Source of the DNA: Octopus vulgaris
Lineage: Eukaryota
Assembly (NCBI GenBank): GCA_951406725.2
Contig: OX597821.1
Location: 51,274,001 to 51,338,000, forward strand
DNA length: 64,000 nt
Direction of reading: 5' to 3'
Every line of letters starts with the position of its first letter. Positions within the stretch are counted from its first letter, which is position 1. The notes beneath the pieces were generated by a model. The model worked only from the letters and a program-made list of their open reading frames with translations, did no database searches and had not been told where the DNA came from. Position numbers and translations under genes: made by a program. Positions 12,501 to 25,960 of the stretch are shown piece by piece.

Positions 12501-14059
12501 ATGAAAGACAATGTTCTCGATTTCGCTCCATAATCATGATTATTTATATACCCATAATTTTTCTCAATACATCGGAATGACTTCAATCATAATCGACCTG
12601 ACAGTGTTATATATATATATATGAAATATAGTTTTCAAAGAAGACTTCTAAGATTTCCCCTTCAGTGCTCTTTACGTGGAGTTTGCACCACAGCAAGAAT
12701 CAGAAAGCACCTTCAAAAAGAACTTGGCTAGAGTTGTCAATCTAACCAGTATATATAGCCAGTATATTTATTTGTATAATTGAAGAGAAGAATATCGAAG
12801 TTAATGGAAACTGTCAAATTTGTACTTGGAACGTTTGTATTTGATACATCTTAATACTTTGTTTTCAATCTTCAGTAACTAGCAACAAATTGTTCTAACG
12901 TTCTGTTTGTTTCTGTTAAAAAGAACACATAGGTGACAGGTATGAATTACTTTTTAATGCCAGTACAACAATCAACTCCATGCTTTACTTAGGTTACTGT
13001 TCAAACCTATAATTGGTTACTCAACATGACAGAAAAAAAGCAGACAGATTTCTTTCTGTACACATCCTCACATCTTAAATAAAGAAAGAATACATTATTT
13101 AAGACGATTAATTAAATAATATATATAGAGACTGGAACATCTTTGATAGCAAGTCAGCTCGATGAAAGCTGGCCTGGGGATAAAAAAAGATGCTTTAATA
13201 CCAGAATATCAGGAACGATTACAAGAGTTGTCAAAAATCTTAACCAGCTCATTAACCAAACAATAGATATAATTTTATAACACGCACACAACTTTATAGT
13301 TTCTTGCTTTATTCTCTTGTAGTTTCATACATTATTATAAAGTATTGACATCCTCCGCGTTACAGAAATGTTGCATATTTGAAAATTACACAGCAGTGTA
13401 ACGATCATACCTTCAAATCTATTTTCTGATTGATTTACAGTTACCTGTTTAGATTATGTTTGTTGTGAAGTGGATACAGAACAAATGATTAGAAAAGTTG
13501 TATAAATTACTGTGCAATATATAGAATTCCCACAATACCACAATGATTGTCGAAGAATAGAAATAACATCTTCGTGATAATTTGGTTCCAAAATAGCGAT
13601 GAAGCTAATTCTAGAAATGTCTGAATAATCTATTCTACTTCATTAAAAATTGTAATATATAATCTCTTGCTAATATGATTCCCACTAATTAATGTTCGCT
13701 TGTAGTTCACATAGAACATAGTTTAATATACCTAGTACTTCGAATACGATTTATACATTTTGGGATGTAACTAATATGCAATATAATGTTTCGTGTGTGT
13801 AATGAACAAAACATTTATAGGAACGACTAATTTCTATTGTCAGTTTGTTTGATAAACATGTCTACATATTGGCTCGGAAGTTAATCAACTAAAGCATTAC
13901 GTCAAACATTAATGACATCAAGTATTGCTATATTTTATTCTATATATACCTAACTATTACGTAATTTACTCATACTTTATTTTCGCCATTATTCATAGTG
14001 TGTAATTTAGAGTCTAATATATTTATAGAGAATGTATACAGTATTCGAGTTTCAATATG

Positions 14060-15240
14060 TTACCTGGACAATAGTACATAGAACTGGCTTGTCAGTCGTA
14101 TAGGCTATTTCTTGAGTAAGCCCAGCGGCATCGGCAGCTGTGTGATGTGTCGTAAGTTGGTTGATCAATTGCTTATAAAGGTACATGAATAATAGTATAG
14201 ACATATTTGAACAATGATATGCATAGAAAATTGCCTGATCAGTGGTTTAAACAATTGTGGTCATAAATGGATCGGACAGTTGCCTGATCTGTAGTATGAG
14301 CATTTGCCTGAATAATGGTGCAGACAATCGCCTGATGAAGTAGACGGATGTCTGATCAGTGAGTGGCATAGTAAATTGCCTGAATGGTGGTGTAGACAAC
14401 TACCTTATTGGAAATAGTACTCTTATGATGTATATACATACAGTTGCCTAAAAAGTGGCAAACACAGTTTCTCTATTAGTAGAATATATTATTGTCTGAT
14501 GTGTAGTGTAGAAGACTGCATGATCAATGGTTTAGAGAGGTTTCTGATGAGTAGTACTGACAATTGCCCGATTAGCTGTCGGATTTGTGGTATTGACAGC
14601 TTTCTGATCAGGCGGTAAACTGCTGCTTAATCTGTGGAATAATCAGAGAGTTGTCTAACCCATATTATAGAAAGTTGCCTATGAGTCGTAGAGGCAACTG
14701 CGTAACTGTATGATCAGTGGGATAGACAGATAATTGGTTGATCAGTATTATTGATAATTTCTGAAGAGTAGTTTAGATAGTTGCATGATCAGTGATAAAG
14801 AAAGTAGTTGCCTGATCAATAGTGTAAGCAGCTGCTTGATCAACTGTATAAAATTGCCCGACTGGTGGTATAGAGAAACAATTGTTTTATCAGAGCTATT
14901 GACAGACAGTTACTTAAACAATGGTATACCATTTGCTTGATCTGTGTTATAAATAATTGCCTTCTCTGATCTCTTATATAGACAAATGGGCAAGGATATT
15001 AACAGTTGTTTGATTAGTAATAGACATTTGAATAATCTCTTGATCGAAGGTACATTCAGACAATTTATTGAACAGTAGTAGAGAAAATTGGTTGATCAAT
15101 GTTATAGACAATTGTCTGATCAGTAATATAGGCAGTTCCTCGGTAACTGGAACAGCTAATAACCTGTTGAGAGGAAAGGATAACTGTATGGTCAGTGGTA
15201 GAGGTTGTTGGCTGGTTAGAGACTTAGGCAGTAAATAGTT
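14060..15240. repeat. Degenerate ~24-bp minisatellite, consensus ~TTGCCTGATCAGTGGTATAGACAA
   Basis: Units such as TTGCCTGATCAGTGGTTTAAACAA (14231), TTGCCTGAATAATGGTGCAGACAA (14304) and TTGTCTGATCAGTAATATAGGCAG (15112). Roughly 45-50 diverged copies estimated from array length. Confidence 0.85.
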
Positions 15241-16136
15241 ACCGGCCAGTTCACTGAATGTATTGCATTCATTTCTCGAGAATAATTATTAGGACTGATT
15301 ATTATATTCTTCCGTTTTTAGTTTGTGTATTGACCGAAATTTTGAACATTTGAAAATATCCAATACATTAATACATTTTAGGAGGGATACTTTCCAAAGT
15401 TTGAACCAACTATCAACCACAGAGACGGTGAGGATTGTTTAACTCCGAGAAATAACAGCTAACGATAAAATCAACCGAGAGCATGCTTATTGCATATCTT
15501 GAAAATATATTGTTATAAACATAGCATAATGTCTTAGCTTTTATAAATCACACGGTTCATATAACTGAGAGGCATAGAAGAATTGGAACAGTGACAATTC
15601 TAACTTTTAGACCCATACATCGATTTTTTTCTTTTTCATTTCCAGGCGTATTTCTATTTCTATTTCAATGTTGGCAACAGAAAGCACATCGTTCCTTCGA
15701 CAAATTAGTCGCCTGAATATGGTAAAACGCACAGAAATGTCAACGTAACTGAAAAATATATATACGGACATGTATATGCAGGCGATGTACACAGACGCAT
15801 ATACACATAGATAAACACACGGACAAAAATTATTTGGAAGCTGAGAGAGACAACAATATATATATTCACGAGTCTATCAAAATAGCAGCACGTATTTATT
15901 GAAGATTACACACTGTATCCTAAGAAAATGGTGATCAGTGTGACGTATTTCTATCCTCTCTGCGACCATCTTTCCCGCTCTCTCTTTCTTTCCCTTTGAT
16001 GCTCCCGCAGAGACGAAGAATACGATCTAAAATTGTTCTTTATAATAACTGAATTTATCAAAGTTTTCTATATATACATATACATACATACATACATGCA
16101 TACATTCATACATATATATTTACTTACACACGCACA

Positions 16137-16183
<47 letters not shown>

Positions 16184-17252
16184 CATGGATAGCTAGATGA
16201 TAGATAGATAGATAGATAGATAGGTAGATAGATAGATAAATAGATGGATAGATAGATATGTTTCTTTATTAGCCACACAGAGATGAACACAGAGGGAACA
16301 AATTATAATGTAGAGCTTTTCTTTTGGGGGAGAAAAAAAAAGAAAGAAAGAAAAAGAAAAAGGTTTTCGATAGATAGATAGATAGATAGATTGACTGAAA
16401 TCGAAATACCTGCCAAACCTTCACAATATAGTCTCTAATTAACCTTTCCGTTCAGAGGCAATATGTGTTGGACTACATTATGCAATCTAGTATATTTTCA
16501 AATATAAACTGCTTCTTCTAGCATTTCATGCGAGGCGTAGACACTACCTCGAAAATTAAATAAGGAAGTCGGATTTTATTCCACTACAAAGCAGGCGTTC
16601 AACCAATTGAACTAACACCTCCGTAAACTATATTCTCCTTGTAGGAGTACGTATTAGAATATTAGTATTTGTATGAAATTGTAAGATCGTTGATAAGAAA
16701 ATTTAGTAAGCAGTTGGTTGTCTTAAGGAGTGAATAGATGAACAATAAACGAATAGATTTGAAAGCAGTTGATGCAGACATTCAGTCACACATTTTATAG
16801 CTCAAAGGAATTTCCACATAATTTAAGAACGCTTGAATTAATTAGTGTCAAAAACAAATTTGTAGCCAGTTATTGTGATGTTAATAATAATCTATCTGTA
16901 TTCTGTGGTTGAAATACCATGTTCTGTGCTTCAAATTATATATATTCTCAAACTAATCACGCAAATCGTCTACCTCTTTAATCGAATTCTATAACGTAGT
17001 TGGTATATGAACCTAACTTATGTTGCTTCTCTCTCAAGGTGATTTAATTACTTCAGGTCAATGTTTGCACACTTGGGTATACGCGTGTATACACTCACGC
17101 ATAGACACACACACACACACACATATATAAACATAAATAAATATATGTGTATATATATATATATATAAAAGCGCAGGTGAATGGAAACTGAAAGAAGCCT
17201 ATCGTATTTAAATATAAATATATATATATATATATATATACATATACACACA

Positions 17253-18163
17253 CAGTATGTGATGGGTAAATTGTCGCCATTTTATATTTTTGATTTCGCG
17301 CATGCGCATTATTTCTTTCTAATTTTGACGTCTACACAGTATAGCAGAAATAGTTGGGCACCTTCTATGTGAAGAACAGCACCATGACGCAATTCACTCT
17401 GCTAGAAATTTTGAAAATATATATGTGCCCCAGCATGGCCACAGCTCATAAGCTGAAACTAGAATCAATCAATCAATCAATCATATATGGTATTCGGCAC
17501 CCGACGCACCAATACGAACATCTCAGAGTATTTGCGTGTAAATCTGAGGAAAATACTATCTGAGGATATGTACATCATGGTGTTTGGAGTATTTACTAGT
17601 GATGGCGACGCTATGCCTCCATTCATCTTCCAACACGGCCTCAGACTCAACACGAAGTCTTACATCCAGTTCTTGGAGGAGTTAGTGATGCCGACAGTCA
17701 AGTGGGTGGCTGCTGGAAGACCCTATGTCTGGCAACAGGACTGTGCACAATGCTACACAAGCAGGAGAACCCAGTCATGACTGTCATACAATTTCTGCGA
17801 CCACATCATCCCTAACATCTGGCCACCTAACTCCCCAGTCTGCAACCTCCTTGATTATTATGTGTGGGCCGCAGGTGAGCGAGAGACCAACAAAACTCCT
17901 TATAACACCAAAGATGAACTGAAGGCAAGGATTATGGCAATATTCTCCAACTTAACAAGGAGACTGTTCAGAAGAGTTGCAGGAGATTCCAGCTTCGTCT
18001 GAAGGCCGTGGTTGAAGCCAATGGCGTTTTAAGGAATAAATTTACATTTTAGTATTTCAAGAAAGTTTAAAGTAAGTTTTATAAGTATATCAGCTAAAAT
18101 GAGATGTCAGTGTTATTTTCCTTTTTGCTCAATTTCGATAACAGTTTATTTACCACACCCTTT
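17253..18163 (+). mobile_element. Tc1/mariner maT (DD37D) relic, internally deleted
   Basis: MVFGVFTSDG..PPFIF..RPYVWQQDCA..(stop)..WPPNSPVCNLLDYYVW, with 37 residues counted between the last two D. Weak TIR-like ends at ~17253 and ~18140-18163. Confidence 0.88.
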
Positions 18164-18325
18164 ATGTGTGTATGTGTGTGTATGTGTTTGTGCATGTGTT
18201 GGTCCTCCTCCCCCACCGCTTGTTAGTGTGTTTACCTCACTGTAACATAGCTGTTAGGTAAAGCGGACCGATAAAATAAGTACTAGGCTGAAGAAATGTC
18301 TATCACCGGAGTGAAATGTCTGAAA

Positions 18326-18373
<48 letters not shown>

Positions 18374-21299
18374 GTATCTATAATATATAGTTCTTCGTTT
18401 TATATCCCAAGGATATGCATATATTAATTTATACCATGGTCATGGCTCCAGTCTAAATTAACGCCAATGGTACAATCGAACAAATGCAGATTTTTTAATG
18501 TCTAAACATTGCAGGCTGAAAATTTAGTATCAGTGTATAGATGGTTTATGACTTATTGTTGTATACATTCTATACAGTAATACCTACAACTTATTTTATA
18601 GAATTGTGCTTCGACTATTTATTGCTTTTCATCGCAAATACAATGAATACCATATTAGAGAAATCGGGGTCGTTGACCGCAGGAGACATTTGGTAAAATG
18701 TTATCTATTATATAAAGTGTTTTCTAATTTTGAAAATTAGTAAATATCTGCCTGATTGGAAATGGGGGCAGATTGTTTAGAGCTTATGCAGTGTATTCTA
18801 TAGAATGTAGTGTAAAAAGTTTCACATGTACAGCAGAAATGTTTTGTCACGTATGTGTTAGAGTGTCAATAAATGAGGCATCGTTGACAGTTACAATAAT
18901 TCTCGAACAAAATCGTAGATAAAGCAAAGTTGCTTAATGCGTTTTGAGAATGTTCTCGATTAGCAAGTTGATCGTTAAATGTTTGAGTTAATCACAATAA
19001 AATAGATAGCAAAATTCAATTGCGGATAGTGTTTTCTTAATTTTACAACATAAAACAATGTAAGATCTTTCTTCTCATCTCTCTTTTAAATGCTAACAGC
19101 TGCAAGAATACGTAAGTTATAGATTCTGTGTAGACTTTAAACTAGAGCAAACCGTGATTCAAGCATCTACTAACCATATTCTAACGGTCACCATGAGCTT
19201 CTCAACGTCATCGCAGAATTTGATTAACTCCACCCGATATTACTTTCAAGTTGTGCATCGTCTTTGCGCATGGCAAAATACTTTTAGCGCTGCTAAGAAT
19301 TCAGTTTCTATTTCAACTTGACATGTTACCGCTCCAGTCTGCTATCTCCTTCAAAACGAAAACTAACACAATCTAAAAGAAAAAAAATAACCATAATCTT
19401 AAAAAAATACGAGAGGAAAAGAGCGGGAATGCCTTTACTTATAAGTATACTTCCTCATGAGTTGATCACTCGCAAGGTTAGTGACATTTTTGTATGTACG
19501 AAGTAAGCTTAGTTGAAACAGAAAGCTGAAATACCTATACTTCTTTCAAACATAGTGTACATAGATAACATTTATTGCTTTATTCGTTTATATCCCGGAA
19601 CAGGACTGCCTCCAGTAAAGTAAAATATCTTACTTTCAATTAGGCTATATATGTATATAGATATATATTGATATTTCTAAATATGGCGGCATTATATTGC
19701 ATTACATTACAGAGAACGAGTTCAAAATATGACAAAGTAATTAAATAGATATACCCTATATTCATCTAATCACCCGTTATAATTAATAAGACCGCAAGAA
19801 ATCTTGTTGCTTTGTAATCCATAGTAAGTTTGATTTGATAGACTCTCTGTGATCAAATGCATTCTAAATATGAGCAGTTTGTTTTCTTACTTTTTGTCTC
19901 ACCCAGTTTATCTGGAATGATATCATATAATACAGGCTTCTTTCTCCTTAGATTCTGTGACGTCAGAAAGAATTAGTTGATATTTTCAGCAGTTTGTGTC
20001 ACCCCCTTGAGAGTAACAAATTGCTGCTGTTTTTGAGCTGATGTGAGATTTAATGCATTCCGTGCTTAATATCCCGTGCTACTATACATTCCCGCTATTC
20101 CTTAAATATCTCGCGCTACTATACATTCCCGCTAACGCGTATTTCCTTTTTAAGAGGGCAGGCTGTGAATTTCGGGAATTTGTCTACACTTTCTTGTTGG
20201 CTTAGCGACTACAAATAGGTCGACTGGGTAATTACCAGAATCCGCCATGTGATCTGGGCTCCGGAAGAATTTAACCTCGTTTCGAGGGACACTCGAAAAT
20301 ACCTGACGGTTGAACTGTACTTACAAGCGAACTCACGAAATCAAAACAATTGAATTCAAAATATACAGCTTCGGAGGTTATCTACAAGATAAGAGCACTT
20401 AGAAAATTAGAAAATCTTTTGTAAGTGAACAATTAGAAAAGTAGACAGAAATGCATAAATTTATATAATGAAATGTTTAGTGTGGAAATGTCTGGAGAGC
20501 GTGCCTAAAGTTGAAGTAAAGCACATGTAGTACATGTTCTTGAGTCAACTACTTGACCTCAATTGGTAGTGTCTTCTATATTTGACCTCCATTACGAATA
20601 CTAATCACCTGTCACGTACACTAATGTACGAATACTAATAAACATGTTCAGTAACATAATAATGGGAGGTGCTGATTGATCAACACTGTGTGTGTGTGAG
20701 TGAATGTGTGTGCGTACATGAGTAAGCGTTTTCCACCATCTGTATTTATGTATGTATGTACGTTTTATGTATGTATGTATATAAAATACATAAAGGTATG
20801 CATAAACACACGTAGTCATACATAAACAGACACAGATACACATGTACACACACTCTCACACTCATACGTATGCACATGCATGCATAGATGCATGCAAATA
20901 TGTATAAACACACATCAATGTTTTATGTCATTTTATATATAAAAACAATTTAATACGGAATTAAAGTTTTACTTAAAGCTTTTTCGTAGCGTATATACTT
21001 ATTAAATTTTACATGAGAAAGGTTGATAGTCACTTCGAAATTTTGGTTTGCTCTCCTTCATCAGACTCTGCTTTACTTGGATTCCGTTTCTGCTTTATAT
21101 ACACTGTTCTATTTTTAAGTGGAGGTATATGAATAATATTTAGGTTTATTGTACGTAGAACAGGTAGTAAGAAGTGGGGAGGAGAAGAGGCAAGTAAGTT
21201 ATGGTTAGATTTAATTTGGTTTGACGGAAGAGTTTCGTTATTAATTAACGTTCAATCAGGCGTGGATGTAAAGGTGTAAATAAAAAAATAATAATACAT

Positions 21300-21547
21300 G
21301 CGCCTTTTTTTTAAAGCCTAGCCAGGTTCATGGGCTCGGTTTCCCGGTTTCTATAGCGTATGTGTTCTCCAGCTGGACGGGACGCCAGTCCATCGCAACG
21401 TTACTCCTTTTTGCCAGCTGAGTGAACTGGAGCAACGTGAAATGAAGTGTTTTGTTCAAGAACACAACGCGCCGCCCGGTCCAGGAATCGAAACAACAAT
21501 CTTACGATCATGATGCTGATACCCCAACCACTAAGCTTCGCGCCTCC
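21300..21547 (-). mobile_element. tRNA-derived SINE, family 2
   Basis: Reverse complement of the family at 3120-3345. Confidence 0.85.
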
Positions 21548-21789
21548 AAAAGGTGTAAACACATATGTAAAATTCAGGTCACAAAATTATTTGTATAGAA
21601 AGTCAATTTTTGCTATTGTAGAGTTCACAAAGGAATGTTTCTAGCAAAGTTAGTAGGTCACACAACGTAGGACAGGCCGAAGTTGAATAGGTATTGATGT
21701 TATGAGATTTCTATAAAGAAATTTTAAATGATATCCTCTCAAAACTGTATGTTATTCCGCTTAAGAAATTATTATTCGTACGTAGATCA

Positions 21790-22110
21790 CTTTACTCTTT
21801 AACTTTTATCAGTCATTTGACTGTGGCCATGCCGGTGCACCGCCATTAGTCGTGCAAATCGATCCCAGGACTTATTCTTTGTAAGCCTAGTACTTATTCT
21901 ATCGGGTAATTTTGCCGAACCGCTATGTTACGGGGACAAAAACACACCAGCATCGGTTGTCAAGCGATGTTGGGGGGGCGGGAAACACAGACACAGACAC
22001 AGACACACAAACACACACACATATACGATGGGAATCTCTCAGTTTCCGGGACTGAACCCAGAACCATGTGGTTTGTAAGCAAGCTACTTACCACACTGGC
22101 CACTCCTACG
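21790..22110 (-). mobile_element. tRNA-derived SINE, family 1 (internally deleted)
   Basis: Reverse complement of the head and tail of 31828-32215. Confidence 0.85.
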
Positions 22111-22963
22111 CGTATAATCTTATAATATTATAGTATTTCCAAAGCCATGAGGTCATGTTTTTCCCTCAGCATAAATGTTGAAATAAAAGAGGATTATATC
22201 AAATCATTCTTATTTTTCGGAATATTAAGGGCGTAACATGATCACTGGTTTAATAAGTGCTTCTAACATAGGCTCAGTCGATTCAGTATTTGACTGGCAG
22301 TTATTTTACCGACACAGAAAATATGAACATCAAAGTTGACTTCGGCATGATTTTGATGTAGGTAAAAAAGCGGAAGAAATACTCGACGGTCTAACGATTC
22401 TGCCAATCCACCGCACTTGATTTAATGAGGTAAAACCTGTATGTTATAAGGTTATAAGATTTTCGAGTAAAAAATTAATTCATCACGTTTAACAGTGCCC
22501 CCACTGTTTAAAACTATTAACTGTTTCTCGATTCTGCTACATATTTCGGAGAGATAAACCAAACCATTGAATGATAAGCATATTAAGTATAGAGGCAGAG
22601 ATATAATAGATTTCACTCACTACCAGATTAAAACTACTAGGTGCTTCCTGAATGATTCAGTAGAACCAAATCTATTGCAAGTTTTCGAGTGTGACCTTTG
22701 ATTTTTTGGATCCCTACATCCCCGGCGTTCACCGACAATTGATACTCTAAGAAATCTAAGAGTTGACGCTACTACCCTTTTTAGTTATTTTAAAAAATAA
22801 CAGAAAGAAAAAAAAAAGAAACTAGCTTTCAACCGTGGAACGCTTTCTGTAAATAGAACCATCTATAACATTGTGATTAAAGCAAATATTTAATTCAGAA
22901 TCAAGAGGTAGTAATCCACTATTAAAGACAATAATTGTTTCATACACATGTATGTACTCTCAT

Positions 22964-23079
<116 letters not shown>

Positions 23080-23597
23080 ATGTCTGTCTGTATGTCTGTC
23101 TGTCTGTCTGTCCGTCCGTCCGTCTGTCTATCTATCTGCTTCACTGTCCGACTGTCTGTCTGTTCTGATATATAAAGCTCACAGTTAATATTTGGAACAA
23201 TATTCATTCTCTTTAATCTAAATATAGACTGCTATACATTGATATGATTTCACCTGGATTTTAATCTAACACAAGAAAAATGGGTTGCTTTGAGATAATT
23301 AATGTTTGTTTTGTTTTCTAATTTGGCAAACCAACACTAAGAAGAGAGGCAAAACAAGATCAAATTCTTTTTTCTCATGAACTACATACCCCGCTCACAA
23401 AGATTCATATTTGCAAGCATACAAGAATAGCATGCACAACACAAATACACCGTGTAAAAGGACAGATCTATTGATACACACGCATATTCACAAAGAAGTG
23501 TGTGCGTGTGTGTGTATGTATGTATGTACGTATGTATACACTCTCATATATGCATGTATGCACTCATACACACAGATATAATGTATATATATATATA

Positions 23598-23792
23598 TCG
23601 CTGTATCACTAGCGATTTTTTATCCTCTGTCTTCCCTTCTCGGAATCTTTCCTTCTCCTATGTTTCCAACGAAGAGCTCCGCTCGAAACATCAAGCCCTC
23701 CTTCTTCCCTTCTTTCCTGAGCGTCCAATAATACTTTATTTGTTCCACGTCCTTGCGTTGTTGTCTTTTTGTTTTCTTGTTTGGATTAACTT
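23598..23792 (+). mobile_element. PLE terminal-repeat fragment with degenerate hammerhead, flanked by (TA)n
   Basis: GUUU CCAACGA A GAGC UCC GCUC GAAA CA UC AAGC at ~23662-23696. The tail TTCTTGTTTGGATTAACTTT-(TA)n is also present at ~3358-3378. Confidence 0.65.
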
Positions 23793-23826
<34 letters not shown>

Positions 23827-23828
23827 AA

Positions 23829-23869
<41 letters not shown>

Positions 23870-24319
23870 CATATATAAAAGAAAGTTATTTTATACACAC
23901 GGGTACTACTTGCATAGCTAGTGACCTGATCTGGGATCGTGTACTAAATCAAAAACAATTGCAGCGTGGAAAGTGTTCATAAACCATTTAAAAACACTCA
24001 AAAGCTGTTAGATTCACTTTAACATTTAAATTTAATTTTGCCAAAATATTTTCGTCGCTTTGAGACCGTGATCTGTTCCGTGCTGCATCTCTAGATTTTT
24101 AAATGGCTTATAAACACCTTCCGCGCTGCAAATGTTCATTATAATATTTAAAGATTTAAGCGGTTTCACAGTTTATACTGGTTTTCAAAAAGTTGAAATA
24201 GAAACACGTGACTTATGTCGTCGCTGTCTTGCTTCTGACGTGTTTTTGAAGCTTGCCCTATTTTTATAGCGAGTTCGTGGCTTAAATTAGTATATGTTTT
24301 CAAAAGCATATAGTTGGTA

Positions 24320-24700
24320 CTCTTTTACTCTTTTATTTATTTGACAGCGACCATGCTGGAGCACCGCCTTTTAGTCGAACTTATCGACCCCAGAACTTAT
24401 TCTTCGTAAGCCCAGTACTTATTCTATCGATTTCTTTTGCCGAACCGCTAATTTACAGGGATGTATACACACCAGCATCGATAGTCAAGCGATAGTGAAG
24501 GAACAAATACAGACACACGCACACACATACATACACACGTACACACGCACACACACATACGCACATACACACACACACACACATGGTCGGCCCGAGGCTA
24601 TAGAAGAAGACACTTGCGAAAGGTGTCACGCAGTGGGATAAACCCAGAACCATATCGTTAAGCAAGCTACTAACCACACAGCCACCCCTACGCCTATAGT
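24320..24700 (-). mobile_element. tRNA-derived SINE, family 1
   Basis: Reverse complement of 31828-32215. Confidence 0.85.
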
Positions 24701-25123
24701 CACATGACTGGTCTTAGAAATTTTTGTAGACTTTCCGGTATGTCGTGTGTTAGTATCAAGTGACAATGTTTGGTATCGTAAGTTACGTCTGACGCGAATG
24801 ACTGAACATGTCTAGTGGTACTACCAGATAATCAATGCTACGTCCGTGCACCACTCAAATACTATTCAAAACATTAATTTGAGCAACGAAATCCCTTTAA
24901 AATAGGGCAAGCTTCAAACACGAGCTGTATTTATTTATCACCCGACGATATACATCTGCACCACCGGATGCTCCTAAACCAGTTGTTGAGTGTCCCACCC
25001 AAGGGGAATCGATGCTAGATGTGTCGAAACAATTGTGATTAACAATAAATTCTCCTATGTTCCATCTTCCGTCTTTCATTTGCCATATATATATATATAT
25101 ATGTAAGTATGTATATACATGTG

Positions 25124-25202
<79 letters not shown>

Positions 25203-25289
25203 GCGTGTGTGTGTATGTATGTACACCCACATATGTTTACATACACCCTGTACACTCTTGTAAAGTAATAAAGATGTAAGTTCAACATA

Positions 25290-25960
25290 CTTCCACTTAT
25301 GCGGTGCTGGGGCGCATAGCTAGAATTGTATCCTAGTGTGACTGGATGCTTTGAGTCTTTACCTAGCCCTTGTTGGGACTTCTTTAGTATGCTGCTATAA
25401 TATCCAGAGTTCTATAGGCCTTAGTGCACAACCTGCAAACCTTCCATTGCCAATCAGTACTGGCCAGCACGTTTTTTACACCTACTCTTGCAGCAGTCCT
25501 CTACCAACTCCGAGGACTTCTCTTACTTTCTTTAACCTTCTCTGTCTTATCTTTCTTGGGCACAACTGAATTACAACTAGCTATTTTGTAGTCATGGAAA
25601 CCATGATGCTATCTGATTTCCTCATGGTTTGGGTATTGTGCACTGGAGATTTTAGCTGTTTCTCCCGATCAATTTCCATTACCCTGTACTGTGCAGTTGT
25701 ACTTGGACATTTTCGTTGGTCTCCCTTCTTTCTTGGTGAAATTTTTACCTCTGGTTGTAATGCTGTCATTTCTGATGCCACTGATCTCTGCTGATTGTCT
25801 CAACATTTTTTCTGGAGTACCTACCGTGTCTTCAGCGATAACATTCTTCTCTCAATACATCCTTGGAACAACTTTTCAAAATGTGTTTGTAGGTTCCTCT
25901 TTAGATCATAGAGGTGATACAAAGGTTTACTTCACAATAACAGTATGAGATACTGATGTG
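25290..25960 (-). mobile_element. RLE-type non-LTR retrotransposon (HERO-like) 3' fragment, decayed
   Basis: Minus strand gives GTYKHILKSC..YR*RH (cf. HILSSC..RYRWRHD), EIDREKQLKSPVH..T.RKSDSIMVS..TK*LVVIQL (cf. VDL..QLKFP..T.LRPD....TKQ...IELTVP) and CWPV.IG..GRFAG (cf. C.PVEVGCRGF). Confidence 0.7.

Noticed and set aside
14060-15240. CRISPR-like array or coding tandem repeat
   Set aside because: No unique spacers or identical repeats, eukaryotic context and no cas genes. No ORF of 60 aa or more, and indels are often non-triplet.
15322-15721. Candidate exons at ~15322/15382-15427 and 15646-15721, and at ~26202
   Set aside because: Splice-like signals with short open frames, but no recognisable protein and no phase link to the other candidates.
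20066-20134. ~37-bp tandem duplication (also ~42-bp at 38215-38283)
   Set aside because: Ordinary two-copy slippage duplications with no further structure.
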